Shown here one piece after another: positions 38,734-52,221 of a DNA stretch of 64,000 bases (positions are counted from its first letter, which is position 1; the number at the start of each line of letters is the position of its first letter). The DNA comes from Nemertoderma westbladi (Eukaryota > Animalia > Xenacoelomorpha), in contig JAUCBJ010001275.1 of the NCBI GenBank assembly GCA_032718475.1, forward strand, positions 1 to 64,000, written 5' to 3'. The position numbers and the translations under genes are program-made. Under the pieces are notes generated by a model. It saw only the letters and a program-made list of their open reading frames with translations. It was not told where the DNA came from and made no database searches.

Positions 38734-41700
38734 ATAATTTCTCTATAAAATAAATTTACATATAATTTCCAAATATATAAAATGTATAATGATAGAATTA
38801 TTGAAGTTGCTAGGCAATATGTTTACTTGAATACGATGATAAGCTTATGTGTGAATTGATACCTTTTAACAATAAACGTTAGGGGCACTACCATTATCGG
38901 ATCTAAAATTTTCGGAAAAGACATCTGAAAAAATTTGTGCCTTAAGAAAATCATCAACAACAATGTTACAACCATTGCGTTTCAATGGTGGAATTTCGGA
39001 TTTATTATTGCGTTTCGAAATTACGAATGAAAATTAAAGAGTTTAACAACAATAGTGATTTATTCGTACTACTCTAGTAGTAAATACAACATACGAAAGG
39101 AACTAAACTTCAATGCAATATATATAAAAATATATTATATACTGTAGGCCTATGTATACCGTTTATCACCTAAAAGAACAAAGAGAGAAAAATTCACAAG
39201 ATCTATATATAGATATTTAGTTTTAAGTCACTATATTGATTATTTACCAACTACAACAACGAATTTACATTCACAGGACATTCATCAGTACTAATTTAAT
39301 TAATGTTTGGTTTAGGTCTACCTACTCTTGTACTTCGATTATAGGCGATTAAAGATTACTCTCAGGGTTATAGGTATTATAGTTCATATAGTGATTGGAA
39401 GTGGATAGTACAGATAAATAAGTCGAGATAAGGGAAATAGTATAACGGTGGCAAGTAGCCATGCCTAGGTTGTTAGGGGCCATGCGTCATGGTGCAAACA
39501 GAGGGCATGGCTAATTTTTCTTTTATTTGTTTATATTAGCTATCTGGGGATGGAGAATGTACACATAGACCCTCCACTTGTTGGAGTTGGTGGGTCACCC
39601 CCGTTAGGCCGAGAAGGATTGAGTGAATGATTTGGAGATGATAAGAACCAGTGAACAAAGCGACTAGGCCCTTGTACAATGTACATGTACACAGGATTAT
39701 TTATGTCGGTAGGTGTCAGGTAATCAATGATTTATCATCAGAAGCAAAAGCGAACAACTTTACTTCCTCTTAACTCGAGAATTGGAGAAGGTCTGAGTCG
39801 ATGGATGTACAGTTGGTTGCCCATGTAAATTACTTTTATTCTTTTTTAACGATGTCAATGTACGTAGGATTTTCAACCTTTACATTAATTGAGCAGTTAT
39901 GTAAATATCGTTAGGGAGGACTGCCTTGTTAGAAAACGCGACTGTCTTAAAGGACTGACTGCTAAACTGCACAAGAATAGGTCGGGGTTAACATTGGAGC
40001 AAGAACGGCTAACGGTGCGGGTGGGTCTGAGGTGGTGGCAGATGTCAACCATGTTGGTGTCCACTTTAATAAATGGTTGAGTTGAGAGAAGTGGATTGGC
40101 TTTTTAACTTCGAACTGCAAATTGGAAGAGTTCCAAGATTTGGGTGCTGATGTGCACACGAAGATGGGTTACATATCATATATTACAACGATATACGGTC
40201 CTCTAGGACTAGCGACACTATTACTAGTCCTAGGGAAGCATATCCTTAAAGAGGTATACAACCTCAAGGTCGGTTTAGGTCAAGCCTACCCTGAAACCAA
40301 CCCAGAAAAAGGAAAAACGTAAAAGGTCAACAAACTTGCAAGATATCGGCAAGTTCACTGTGCTCACTAATGGAGATATGGGCGATCTTGATCTACATTT
40401 GTTCTCCAAGGCCTCACTCGACAGTTATGGAACTGCGTGATATCTGGTCCAAAGGACCTTTTTTATATTATTTGACGGTTATTTCTTTAACTTGATTTAC
40501 AGTATTAGTAAATTGCACAAGTCAACCTTTCCAGATTATTGCCAGGCTAATACTTGGAATAGGCGTCACTTTACTGTTACTGTAGGAAATATAGTTGAAT
40601 AACAATACATAGTACTAAATATAAATGACAAATACACAAATAAAACATCAATATGTCACCTCCTCCCTCCCACTATATCGTATCAAAGATATTTGCCTTA
40701 ATTTAGCCTTTTAATAGCCTAGCGACGCCATTTAGAGAAAGAAGTGTTGTTATGTGGTGAACGTTAGTTATTGCCTATTTTTAAGTAGTTGCAAGTAACA
40801 TTTGTATATCATGTTGATTTTAAATCACATATCACTTAATTTCTATATGAGAGAGTTTTATGGTCAAACTGTAAACCACTCAGATCTCGAGACCTTACGG
40901 CTACGGCTACGAAATCTCGATTTTTAAGAACTCACGATTTTTATCTACTGTAGATGATGTCCCCTGTACTCAGTTGCTAATGTGCCTGCATATGCATACC
41001 TTTACGGAAACCGAATTGTCTGGGGAATAAAAGGTTATTTTTATTTAAATAGAAAGTAATTTGATCCGATATGATTTTTTCAATTATTTTGGCAAATGGG
41101 GATGTAGAAGCTATTGGTCGGTAATTCCGAGGGTAAGTAAAAATGTACAGCTGCAATTTCTTGGGTGTAGTTTAGTCCTAATACATATTGAGTCCTCCAA
41201 AAAATCAAATTTGTCGGGGGTAAACGCTGCACCTACACCACAGGTCTATTTGTAGGCAGGTTAGTGATAAACAGGTTACAGAGGCAGGTTGAAAGGAAAC
41301 ATAACAAAACTGGAGAGTTAGGAGAATATTATAGAAAACCATAAGTAATTGAGAATCAACAGCTTAAAATCACCAGTCAGATGTATAGGCCTAACGGCTT
41401 ACGGTAGCGTTTACCCCAAAATTTGTAAAATATAATTAATAAAATAATTAATAAAAAGTATGCCAGTTTATTATTGATATCGTTCTAAGGAATTCATTCC
41501 CCTTCATTCAATATTTATGTTGAAATCTCCCTAGACCATTATCTTCATTTTTTAGGTATAAATTTCGAGCTGTTTCAATTTTGGGAGCCAGTTGTGTTAT
41601 AAATTTCCTTTTACTTGCCCTGAGTTGGTTGGAAACGCCATGGACATTACAGTAAGTTGCCCGGATCTAGCAATAACGTTTCGATCAATTTCGTCAATTC

Positions 41701-41829
41701 CGGGAGATATGCAAATAAGTAACCCCCCCCCCTTCTAGCAGTTCTATTGCATCGGAAAATTCTGAAACCACATATTGCAACTGCGTGATCGCAGACATGT
41801 CGTTTATCCAAGTCTCTGTTCTTGGGGAA

Positions 41830-43135
41830 ACCAACGAGACACCTCCAATTTGATATAGTGTCTGGTTGGAGATGTGTGCATTATACTTGACTCAGTAAAC
41901 CCGATGTAGGATGTTTGTGAATGTGCCATCCTTAGATTTGGTGTCCTCAGGGTTAGAATGCTGGGTTAGAACCCAGCATGGACTCCCATAGAGGAGTAAT
42001 GGAACTACTGCTGCTCTAAATAATCCGACCTTAAGTTTCTGATTAATTTTGTGTGTCTTCCAAATGCCATGGAAGTCTGGTCATGCCATTCCCTTACGTA
42101 TTCGAATGTCCTCATCTGACTTCCGCATCCATGATCCCATATGGCTAGATTGCCTGGATTTCCTAAGGAAAGTATACTGAACATACATGAGTGAGAGACT
42201 AAATCGAAGACCTTGAAGAATTCAACAAAGATAACAGCCAGATGTCTGTCTTTCTTTTTTGATAACTCTTCAATTATCCTTCTAGTGCCAAAATGGGCTC
42301 CATGGTCCCACGATATTTACGGAACCCATTATGATTTCCAAGTAGCAGTCTCCCAATGGAATCCATGCCCTGATGCGATTTAGTAATGTATGATTTCCTC
42401 GACATCTGGAGCCTGTATGTGGAGTTACCATCACCCCATCATCATTATAATGATCTAAGGACATACGTAGAACATAGTCAACCACAATTATGAACAAGAA
42501 AGGTGCAAGTGTGTCTCCCTGGAGGACGCCCCATAACACTTCAAATGGTTCTGTGTCACCATCAACAGTAGACACAAATGTTGTCGAACCATCGTATACT
42601 GATCTGATTGCTGCAATAATTTCATCAGGAATCCCATATAATGAAAGTATGCTGAGCATACGTGAGCGAGAGACTGAATCAAAGCCCTTGAAGAAGTTAA
42701 CAAAGATTAACAGCCAGATGTCTGTCTTTCTTTTTTGATAACTCTTCAATTATCCTTCTAAGTGCTAAAATGGGCTCCATGGTCCCACGAACCCATTCTG
42801 ATTTCCGCCTAGCAGTCTTCCAATAGGACAGCTGATGCGATTTAATATAATATGTATCATATGTATCATAATATGATATGTATCATGTATCATATGATAA
42901 TAATAATAGTATAGCTTTGCAGCAATCGAGATCGATGAGATTCCCCGAAAAGATCCATAGAGTGTTAGGTTGCCCTTCTTGGGAACTGGCACCAACTTGT
43001 TTTCATTTCTTGTGGGACTCTCATTGCTCTGTACATGTCTACTAGATGGGGTAAATGAGCTCCAAACACTGGTATTTTAAAGACCTCAGGGGGACACCAT
43101 CTACTCCACTGGAACGATTGGTCTTAATGTTCATT
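41830..43135 (-). mobile_element. Decayed RTE LINE (same family as 470-1560) with an internal duplication
   Basis: PVPKKGNLTLYGSFRGIS, GVLQGDTLAPFLF, C-terminal LFRAAVVPLLLYG and HISNQTLY; 42170-42390 repeats 42650-42850. Confidence 0.88.
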
Positions 43136-43139
43136 GCAT

Positions 43140-43950
43140 CAGCAGACAACTAACTGGCATTCAAAGTATAATGATTGCATGGACAACATATTATCCATAG
43201 TGAAGATAGTTGTTTCTACCTAGGACTGCCCCTACATGGAACTTGTAACAATATAACAGGACCAGACCACTTCATAAAGTGTTGCTGGTGGAATGTTTCC
43301 AGAATGAAAACCCACGGTCTATCAGCAAGTGATGTACCTTTAAATGTGTCATCATTGAGTGTCATCAATGTGTCATCAAAAAGTGTCATCATTAATATGG
43401 CGAACAATTAGTCTACCTTCAATTCTGTACGGTTGCTCAAGCTTTGAAGATGCTGTCATTCCCGAACTAGCAAAAACTGTTCGTAGAGCGATGCGGTCAT
43501 TACTATCTTTAGGAAACTACATCTCGAACAAAATGCTACATTCCCTATTCCAAACCGAAGAGCTTGAAGCCTCGATTGCCTATAACAAATGCAGAGTCTT
43601 TTATAATGCCTTTAATACGAGCAATGAGAAGATCGCCTATCTATTTTCCACCATGCTTGGGGGCCATCTTTCTGGTCTACCTACGGCTACGGACACTATA
43701 ATGTCTGACTGTTCCTGGAAACATGGTTTACCCACAGCAATAAGCCTTGCATCTTCATCATATGAGATTAAGACTTTCTTTAAGACTTTTTGCTCCATAA
43801 AAGGAGCAAAAATACGCAATAATGAATTTTTAAACTTCAGAGCCTCATATCACTTGATGATAGTTCGATCGATCATAAATCACACTAGCTTCGAATTCAA
43901 ACTCAAAAAAACCTGTATTCTAGATATATATGATATAAACACCTGATACA
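43140..43950 (+). mobile_element. 3' fragment of a different non-LTR retrotransposon (post-RT region)
   Basis: CFYLGLP followed by WRTISLPSILYGC..AMRSLLSLG; resembles the YLG...LLYG.E..R..LG region of LINE ORF2. Confidence 0.55.
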
Positions 43951-44664
43951 ATCTATATAGTTCAGGTTTATACTTGTTTCACATATAAATAATACTGTAT
44001 ATATTGTCTATAGTTTTTACTGACTTAAAGATCGGCTTAATTAACTATTTTTTATCTTAGATATTGTATATACCCCATACAACGTTCTTTTAAATACAGC
44101 TTATATTATCTACCTATATGGTTCTTACAATATTTTTAGAAGTCCTTGATCTTACCATAATATGTTTATCTATAAGGCTTGCCATTTTACCTATAATAGC
44201 CACGATGTATTATATAGTCCTGATTTTAACTAGATTTGTGCAATTATAATAGAAGTCTTTGGTCTTACCATTTTACCAACTTTTTATAATTTTTATTAAT
44301 GTCCACATGTTCCTCTATAAAGTCCTGCCATTTTACCAATAATAGCCACCGGGGCGTAATCCGGATCGGGATGAATTACACTTGAATATGAGAACACCAT
44401 GTGCCACACACCTTGGGTTTCGTCGAAAGCGTAGTATGAACCGCAAAGAGACCCATGACTACCTTATTGAATGATCATGCAGTCAGAGAGGATGTGCATA
44501 ACACCGTTTTAGATAACTAAGTACCATGGGTATTATCCACTCGTAAATATTTTGCATTATTTAATGTTATTTTCATTATAACTAATTATGCAAAATTTTA
44601 ATTAATTATAAATAAAAATCATAATTATTGTAAATTTTTCATCACTTATCGCTTTAGGAAAATA

Positions 44665-44880
44665 ATTCACCACAATTATGAACAAGAATGGCGCAAGTGT
44701 GTCACCCTGGAGGAACCCCCATAAAACTTCGAATGGTTCTGTGTCACCGTCAGCAGTAGTCATAAATGTTGTCGAGCCATCGTAGTGATCTAATGGCTGT
44801 AATAGTTGTCTCAGGAATCCCATGCTGTAAGTATGATGAACTGGATCGAAGGCCTTAAAAATGTCAACAAAGACAACATT
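44665..44880 (-). mobile_element. Short RTE RT fragment
   Basis: DGDTEPFEVLWGFLQGDTLAPFLFIIVV, nearly identical to the other RTE copies. Confidence 0.85.
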
Positions 44881-46969
44881 AGATGGTTTTAAAAGTAAAA
44901 AATACTAACATAATATCAAGTCTTCTTTGATATTGGTTAAAAATGTTTTACATTGGCGTATTATGGGGTACACTTTTCTGTCCTGTCTCCTGCGATTGCG
45001 GTCAATATCACCACTCCGTCGCCCCCACCCACAGATTGTGCATTATTAAAATAATATGTCAATCATATCATTCACTGAGACCGCGCTTATGTGATGAGCG
45101 TTGATTCTCCGATTGTGGTAGGATTTCACTTCGTAGGAGCTTGTTTATTATTTATTACTTAATTTATATGCAATAGATTTATCCAATTTATTATTAATTT
45201 ATTATGAACTAAATGTAAAATAATTCTGCAAAGGAATCATGGTCTAAACCAGATTTAATAGCAAACTTAATATGACCATATCATATCAATCAAGGACTCA
45301 ATTCAAAAATTATAGTTAGAGTTGAATGGCCTGTGGTAAACAATTAATTCGAAAAAAGCGGTATTTTGAATTTAAATGTTAATAAGTTAAGGCTGAAAAA
45401 CAAGTCTAGGTTGCTGGTCTGGTCTGGTTTGTGTCGGAGGCCCAAAGTGACATGCGTAGTAAACACCGCCATTCTAGTTAAAATAAGAGCGTCTTAAGCT
45501 CGGTTATCAGTAACTGTGACTGCACTAATAAATAAATATGTTACATCAGTGAATATAGTTGCCATGCTGCTTATGAAACGACGACGCAGAAGCGATCCAA
45601 TATGCAGAAACTATTGATTTTTATTTTAAACTTAATGTAATGTTGCGTTTCCCTTCCCTTTAAATTAAAAGGATGGTTGGTATAACTCTCTGTCGGACTG
45701 GATGGTACAGTGCGGAGCTGGAGGGCCACTACCCTATACGAACAACCGGACTGCCTCCCTCTCCATGAATGGTAAAGTAGTCCGAGTTATCCTCTTATCC
45801 AACTTGTTTCATTTGCCAACCAGGAGGTAACTTTGCTCAATGGTGCTGGGAATGATCCATTCAATATACTTGGATCTGCTTACTCCTCCCCCTTCCTCCA
45901 CCAAACTTATCTGCTATCCTATTCGTGGGTTGGTTTGGTGGAGAACTATATATAAACATCAACAATGCCCTTAGTCTACATTATTTATGTTTTTGCATTT
46001 CGTGCCAAAATTATGGTTGAATGGTTCAAATTAATTCTGATTTCAGTTAGTAGTTGGCGGGTTTATTGAATTATATATTAACTAACTTATTTTGAATTTA
46101 ATATTTTATAGTTTCAGTTGCTATATAATTATGTGTCGGAATATTGTAGATAAAAATAATACGACCAAATTTCAGGCATAATGTAGTAATTGTAATGGAT
46201 TAGACGAAGACATACTTCATACAAATCTCGTTATTTAGTCATATTTACAATAGAATAGATCGATTTAAATCCGAGTAAAGGCTGTAGAAATTTCGCACTA
46301 AAGTCTCCTTAGACAGAGTGTTCCCTGCTGGGAGTTAGCGTTGTGGGGAAGTCTGATTTCCAGATGGTACCCATTTTTGATGGAGCTAGCCATCTTGCGT
46401 ATGATTTCTATGTCTTTACTCTATATCTATGACCCTGATAGGGGGGAAACTGGACGTAATAAAAATCCATCCCTCTCCAGGGCAAATTCGACGTAAATAA
46501 AGGCTGATTATTCTCATAAATAAAACTGTAACCTGTTCTATTTTGTTTAGTTTATTGTTTTGGTTAAAATAAAGTGCCACTGTGTGACCTGCTTTCCCTA
46601 AATTGAGAATTTAACATTGAGGCGGGATATTAATTCGCCAAGATGGGATTTGGGTCCAGTTTCATCCCCTGTCTCCCACGACCCAAGGTAGTGGAAGTCC
46701 TCAACTTTACTTAGTGGATTTCAATCGATGGTAGTCCACAAAGGTCAGAACTGCAGGTAGACTTGATGATTTAATTCCTTTAACCAATCTCCGCAGGGTT
46801 AGTATCTGAGGTATTGTTAATCTATTTGGTCGAAATCCATTTTGCCTCATAAGCATACGTTTATTTAGTTTAATTAATCTCTATATCATTTTTTGATTCC
46901 ACGATATAATTTGAAATCCCTTTAGTCCCTTTAAAGCATTCGTGCCGAAACGATAACTGCCCTGGTCCG

Positions 46970-47040
46970 TCATGCTGGGATTGAACTCACAACTTACGAC
47001 CTCGGGAGAGATGTGAAATCAATGCAACCACTACATCAAG
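46970..47040 (-). other. tRNA-like SINE head remnant
   Basis: Minus strand TGTAGTGG (A-box-like) ... GAGTTCAATCCC (B-box-like). Confidence 0.4.
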
Positions 47041-48727
47041 TAGTAGTACACATCACATCGTCAGGAACTTAATCCGGTTGTATACAGCCAGTAATGATCC
47101 GTTTAGCACAACTGTTTACCATACCTTTACAATAGGGTCTGAGTTGGGGACTTCCATCGTGGTTGCCTCAGCTTCCCGGTATCTTAAAAGTTTTCCATAC
47201 CTCTGCAGGGATTTCAACTAACCATACTAGCTTTATTATTCAACATGCTCTTAATGTATCTGTGGAGTTCTAATATAGTATATTTTCATAATAAGAATTT
47301 TAGTGTATCATATTGATACTTCCTGATAAGTTTTATTCAAGTCACGAATTCGGCATGAAATATTTCCTACTTGAAATGCCCCCAGGGTCATCGTGCAGTA
47401 GTGGAGCTATAGATAATGTATGGTATAATGCATGATGAGATGCGTGATGCAAATAATTATTGTTTGTTGCCTTAGTATAACAGAATTATTGTTTCGCGCT
47501 TCTTATATAGCTCATCTTCAAAAGCAGCAGGGATTATGGAATATGTTTTTGAGTTATATTTGCATCTAACTTGTAATTTATTTATTTGATTTTAATGTTT
47601 ACAACTAACGATTTGTGATTTAAGTTCTAATTGAAAATCAGATTAAGGATAAAAATCGCCTGTTTTGCACAAATAATTTATTCTGTAACTCCCACATAGT
47701 AGCACATTATTTTAATTAATGTGCTACTATTGTGCATTACAATACAATTAAGTCATCCTCAATACTTTGTCTAGCATATTTTCTCATTTTTTGTTTGTCT
47801 AGTGGTGCTGCACTTTCAAGGGCTATACCCTGTTCTATACCAACTTAGCAACGAACAGCTATGTTGACCAAATTTCAGCTCCAAGTTGCTTATTACCAAA
47901 ATCCAAAAAATTAAGAAATTATTGAAACAAAATGTGTATTTGTAATAAACGGTGTAGGCATGAATCTTTTCTGGGCAGAATTGCGCTTAAACTGCCCACA
48001 GGGTGAATGGGGTATGGACTAATTATTCGAGTTAGTAATCTGGAATCCATTACTGTGTTGTCGCCAGGTGCTCGCTATCCATTCTGGCGGAAATATTCCA
48101 AGTACCTTTGCTTGGCATATTGAATATGAAATGATAAGGAAGATTTTAGAATCAAGCATCTGGATACGGCCTTTTACTCTCCCCCCCCCCCCCTCCCTTA
48201 CTGCCACTACAGGCAGAGCAGAGCTGATAGTTTCAGTACAGACATTAAGGTTATTTATACGGAGAAGAAAATCAAAGTAAAAAACTGAACAGTATGGGTA
48301 TACAGTAGGTACTAGTAAATTATATATGAAAAACTAAATACTGCCCCTACTGTAGTCATTGAAAATATAGCATGAAATTTTACTAGAACTTTAAAAAATT
48401 GATAGATGTAGATGAAATTACAAAAGTACTTTTGACTAAAGTAGGATTTTATAGCTTGAACTTTGTTATTTTTAAACTAAAACTTGACAAAAAAAAGTAG
48501 TTCTTTTTACAAAAATATATTAATAGGTCCGATGTTTGGTGACTTAGACGTTCACGTTAATAGTTATATTATTCCAGTACGTCGATTTATTAAATGGTTT
48601 TTTTCGATCCCTTCACAGCAGAAAATCTCTTAATTTTTGATGAAATTAAGATTATACGTGCAGTTGTGTTCGTGGAACCCCATTCCGGGGGGGGGGGGGG
48701 GGGGGATCCCTAACGCCGCCACTAACT

Positions 48728-48882
48728 TACGATATAAACGCACACGATATAAACGCACACGATATAAACGCTGTAGGTCTCATATTCAGTTATTCATATT
48801 CACGATATAAACACACCCGATATAAACGCACACGATATAAACGCACATGATATAAACTCACCCGATATAAACACACACGATA
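48728..48882. repeat. Short 15-bp repeat (ACGATATAAACGCAC)
   Basis: About 8 copies seen directly. Confidence 0.75.
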
Positions 48883-50317
48883 TAGAGTTAAAATTGCTAA
48901 TTTACTTAATATAATAAATAGTTATACAATAACATTATTCAGTTGAAAAACTACTGTTACTGTACTAGCTGCGCTGTAGTATATCCATTTGTTGTTGTCC
49001 ATTAGCACCTTGTAGTCCATTGAGGATTTGCTCGCCTTAATCTGTTTGATGCCTAAAAATCGAATAAACATAAATAAAGCGAACATATGAATCAATAAGC
49101 AATAACACTAATACTATTCAATGAGGAATGGAGTTGGCGCATGGCTCGACTCGACTTGTCTATATTGTCTTAGCTTATTGAACGCCTGAGGTATTTTGAG
49201 TACTATTAAAAATTAATCACTGAGAAATATAATCGTAAAATTCCTGTAATTTCATATTAGGATCAATTTTTCTGTAAATATTCCAACGAAGTTCATTTTT
49301 CTTATTTTGTTTCTCATTTCACATACGGGACACGTGTCTCTAACCAGCAATAGATTTGGTACATTAATTATAACTTTATTTATTTCCAAAAGAATATCTA
49401 CAGACGACTAACGTTATGTGAAAATAAATATTTAAGATATTTCTATTTTACTTCATTTAATCTGCGCTATCACATAATGAAAACAAATTACTATCTATGT
49501 GCGCGTGAGTATAATATAGATATGGTGAGTCTTTACTACTGGGTGGTGGTAGTAGTACTAGTCGTATAGCTGATTAAATCAGCTACAAAAGAATTATAGT
49601 TAATCTGACTTCCGGAGGCTTACTCAGCAAATGAAATCAAATTAATTTGTCATTTGCCCAACAAACCATAACCACAACATTAGTGGGGCTCTCTATCCAC
49701 ATACAATGGTAAGTGACTTAACCGAGGGCACAAGAGATTTCTTTCTTCTTTGAACTCTAAGCCATATCAGTGATTGTTTACCACCACAGCTCAAAATTTA
49801 TGTCAGGTTTTATTTTGCATTATTTGTTAGATTTTCACATTTTTTGTTCTCAGATATATTTTTGCGGTTTTTTATGGTTCTCTTATATTGACTTTATTAT
49901 TATTGTTATTTATTATTATGAATATGTACTCCAATACCCAAAGTGGTCGATGTTATCGATTATGGAGGCCTTGTTTCCGACAAGAATGGCCATAAAGAGT
50001 TCAACGTGGACCCTAAAGATACAAGGGCCGGAGGTGGGGGCATCAAAATTCCACCCTCTCCATAATAAAAACGACGCAAATAACATCCGATTAACGTTAG
50101 TAAAACTGTATCCAGTATTAACATTCGTTTATTTTTACGGTTAGCCTCAAATTTAAGCTCTTCTCTCTTCATTTTTTAGGGTTTCCCATTAATATTTTAA
50201 GTAATTTTATAATCTAATCTTCAATATTGATAAAATCAATATGAAAATTTGTAAATAAAAATCAAACATTAGAATACCACTATTTATATTTTACATAAAA
50301 AATATAGGCTTTATATT

Positions 50318-51019
50318 ATAAGTCCTGTCATTCTGAAAGCTAGGCAGATAGTTAAATCTATGTGGGACCACAATCTCACGTAGGATGAACCTCTGGCAGG
50401 AGATCTGCTGGACAACTGGCTTAAATGGGAAAATGCCCTACCCGACATTGAAAACTTCCGGGTACCGAGAGCTTATTTCCCCAATGCTCTGCCATCGCAC
50501 ACGTACCAATTACACGTGTTCAGTGACGCTAGTGACAAAGGCATTGGTATCATAGCCTATTATAGGGCCACAACACCACAAGACACTCGGGTGTCACTAG
50601 TAGCATCCAAATCTTTGATAAAAAGCAAAGATTTAACAGTGCCAAGAGCTGAACTAAAGGCCGCACTGTTTGCAACTACTGTTGCCAAAAATATCCTGGA
50701 CGAGACTGATTTTGTAATATCTAGAACCATTCTATGGATAGACGCAGCCATAGTACTGGAATATTTGACTAACACCGTCTGCGGTTTTAGCGTATACATT
50801 ACAAACCGAGTATCAATAATACTCAACCGCACCAAGTTAGACCAATGGAGGTACATCTCCGGACCTCAAAACCCGGCTGAGATACCCTCCCGTGGTGCGA
50901 CCCCTAATGACCTCTTAAATTCGACCTGTTGGTTGAATGGGCCCGATTTCCTTTCCAAACCGGAAGACCAATGGCCTCCTCATATTACCCCGGAGGAAAT
51001 AGGCAAGTCAAGGGTCTAG
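50318..51019 (+). mobile_element. BEL/Pao LTR retrotransposon pol fragment (RNase H region)
   Basis: LHVFSDAS, LVASKS, TVPRAELKAA, WIDAAIVL, NRVSII, QWRYISGPQNPA..SRG, WLNGPDFL. Confidence 0.9.
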
Positions 51020-51149
51020 AAATTGTTAAGCCAAAAACCAGGATCTCTAAGTCAACGATTTTTAAGCCTGTTGACATGGCAACCAACAGTTATGTAAACA
51101 AAAGTAATAGTCAAATTAGTTGTTGTTTGAATAGTGAGTGAGAGTTGAA

Positions 51150-52221
51150 ACCAAGTTGGCCTAATGTAGAAAAACTGACAAGACTGTGCTGTCACTGTAG
51201 ATGGCACATGGCAAAAACGCAATCACACGTCCATGAATGGAGTCGTTTCTATTGTTTCTTTCGATACAGGCAAAATCCTGGATGTTGCTTGCCTTACCCA
51301 ATTTTGTTTCGGATGTCAGAATTTCAAGAATAAATCCCCACAGATAAAAGAAGCCCACAAGGAGTTTTGTGTTCGGAACCACTCAGGTAGTAGCCGGCAG
51401 TTGGGGTAGTTGGGGCAAAGATTATTTTTCATAGAAGCATTACAAGGCATAAACTCCGTTATACTAAATATCTAGGAGATAAGTTGGCGACAGTTCATCC
51501 TTTGTAAATGTTGCAGAGAGTTTACCCTATGGCAAAGAGATACAAATCGAATGTCCAAAAAAAGATTGGGTGCTTGATTACAAAATTTACGAACAATTTA
51601 TAATACACGGAAATTATCAGATGGCAAGACCATTGGAGGCAAAGGACGACTGACCATAAAACTCATAAACACGCTCCAGTCATACTATGGCAATGCCATC
51701 AGGAAGAATCCAGGAGATGTGAAGGCCATGCGGAAAGCAATTTGGGCTACCTTCTTCCAATACAGTTCAATGGATGAAATTCCAGAACACCATTGTTGCC
51801 CTAAAGATTCTACATTGGTAAATATAAACACACTAAAACTATCCCTAGGCCTATTATGGATTTGATGAAACCAATTTACAATAGCTTATCCCATCCAACA
51901 TTGCTACCAAAATGTGTTCATGGTAAAACACAAAATATTAATGAAAGTTTTAGCAGCTCTAATTGGGTTAGAATCCCCAAAAGAGTATTTGTCAGTCTTG
52001 AAACTCTTGAACTTGGTGTTTACGATGCTGTAGCTACTTATAATGAGGGTGCGCTAATCAGACTTCGAGTATTTGAGAAACTTGGTCTAGAACACGGGGA
52101 ACGGACAGTCTGGGGGCTAACAAAATTTGACCAAGAATGTGTTAGAGTTGATGAACGGCTCAACAAATTAGAAAACTCGGAATGGGAAGAACATATATCA
52201 TATCATATTAAAAAAACATAA
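51150..52221 (+). mobile_element. Decayed Mutator-like transposase
   Basis: Across frameshifts: VTVDGTWQKR, TGKILD, KYLGD, GKTIGGKGRLT, YYGNAIR, MRKAIWATF, KPIYNSLS..LLPKCVHGKTQNINES. Confidence 0.82.

Noticed and set aside
30838-38753. GAAKGS/GAAKGN and VMELLK repeat ORFs as a silk-like or coiled-coil protein
   Set aside because: Recurrent +4, +1 and -1 indels switch frames throughout; two frames are open only because the 18-bp unit lacks stops in them.
39560-40450. Possible decayed Penelope-like or other coding remnant
   Set aside because: No GIY-YIG or RT motif could be read convincingly.
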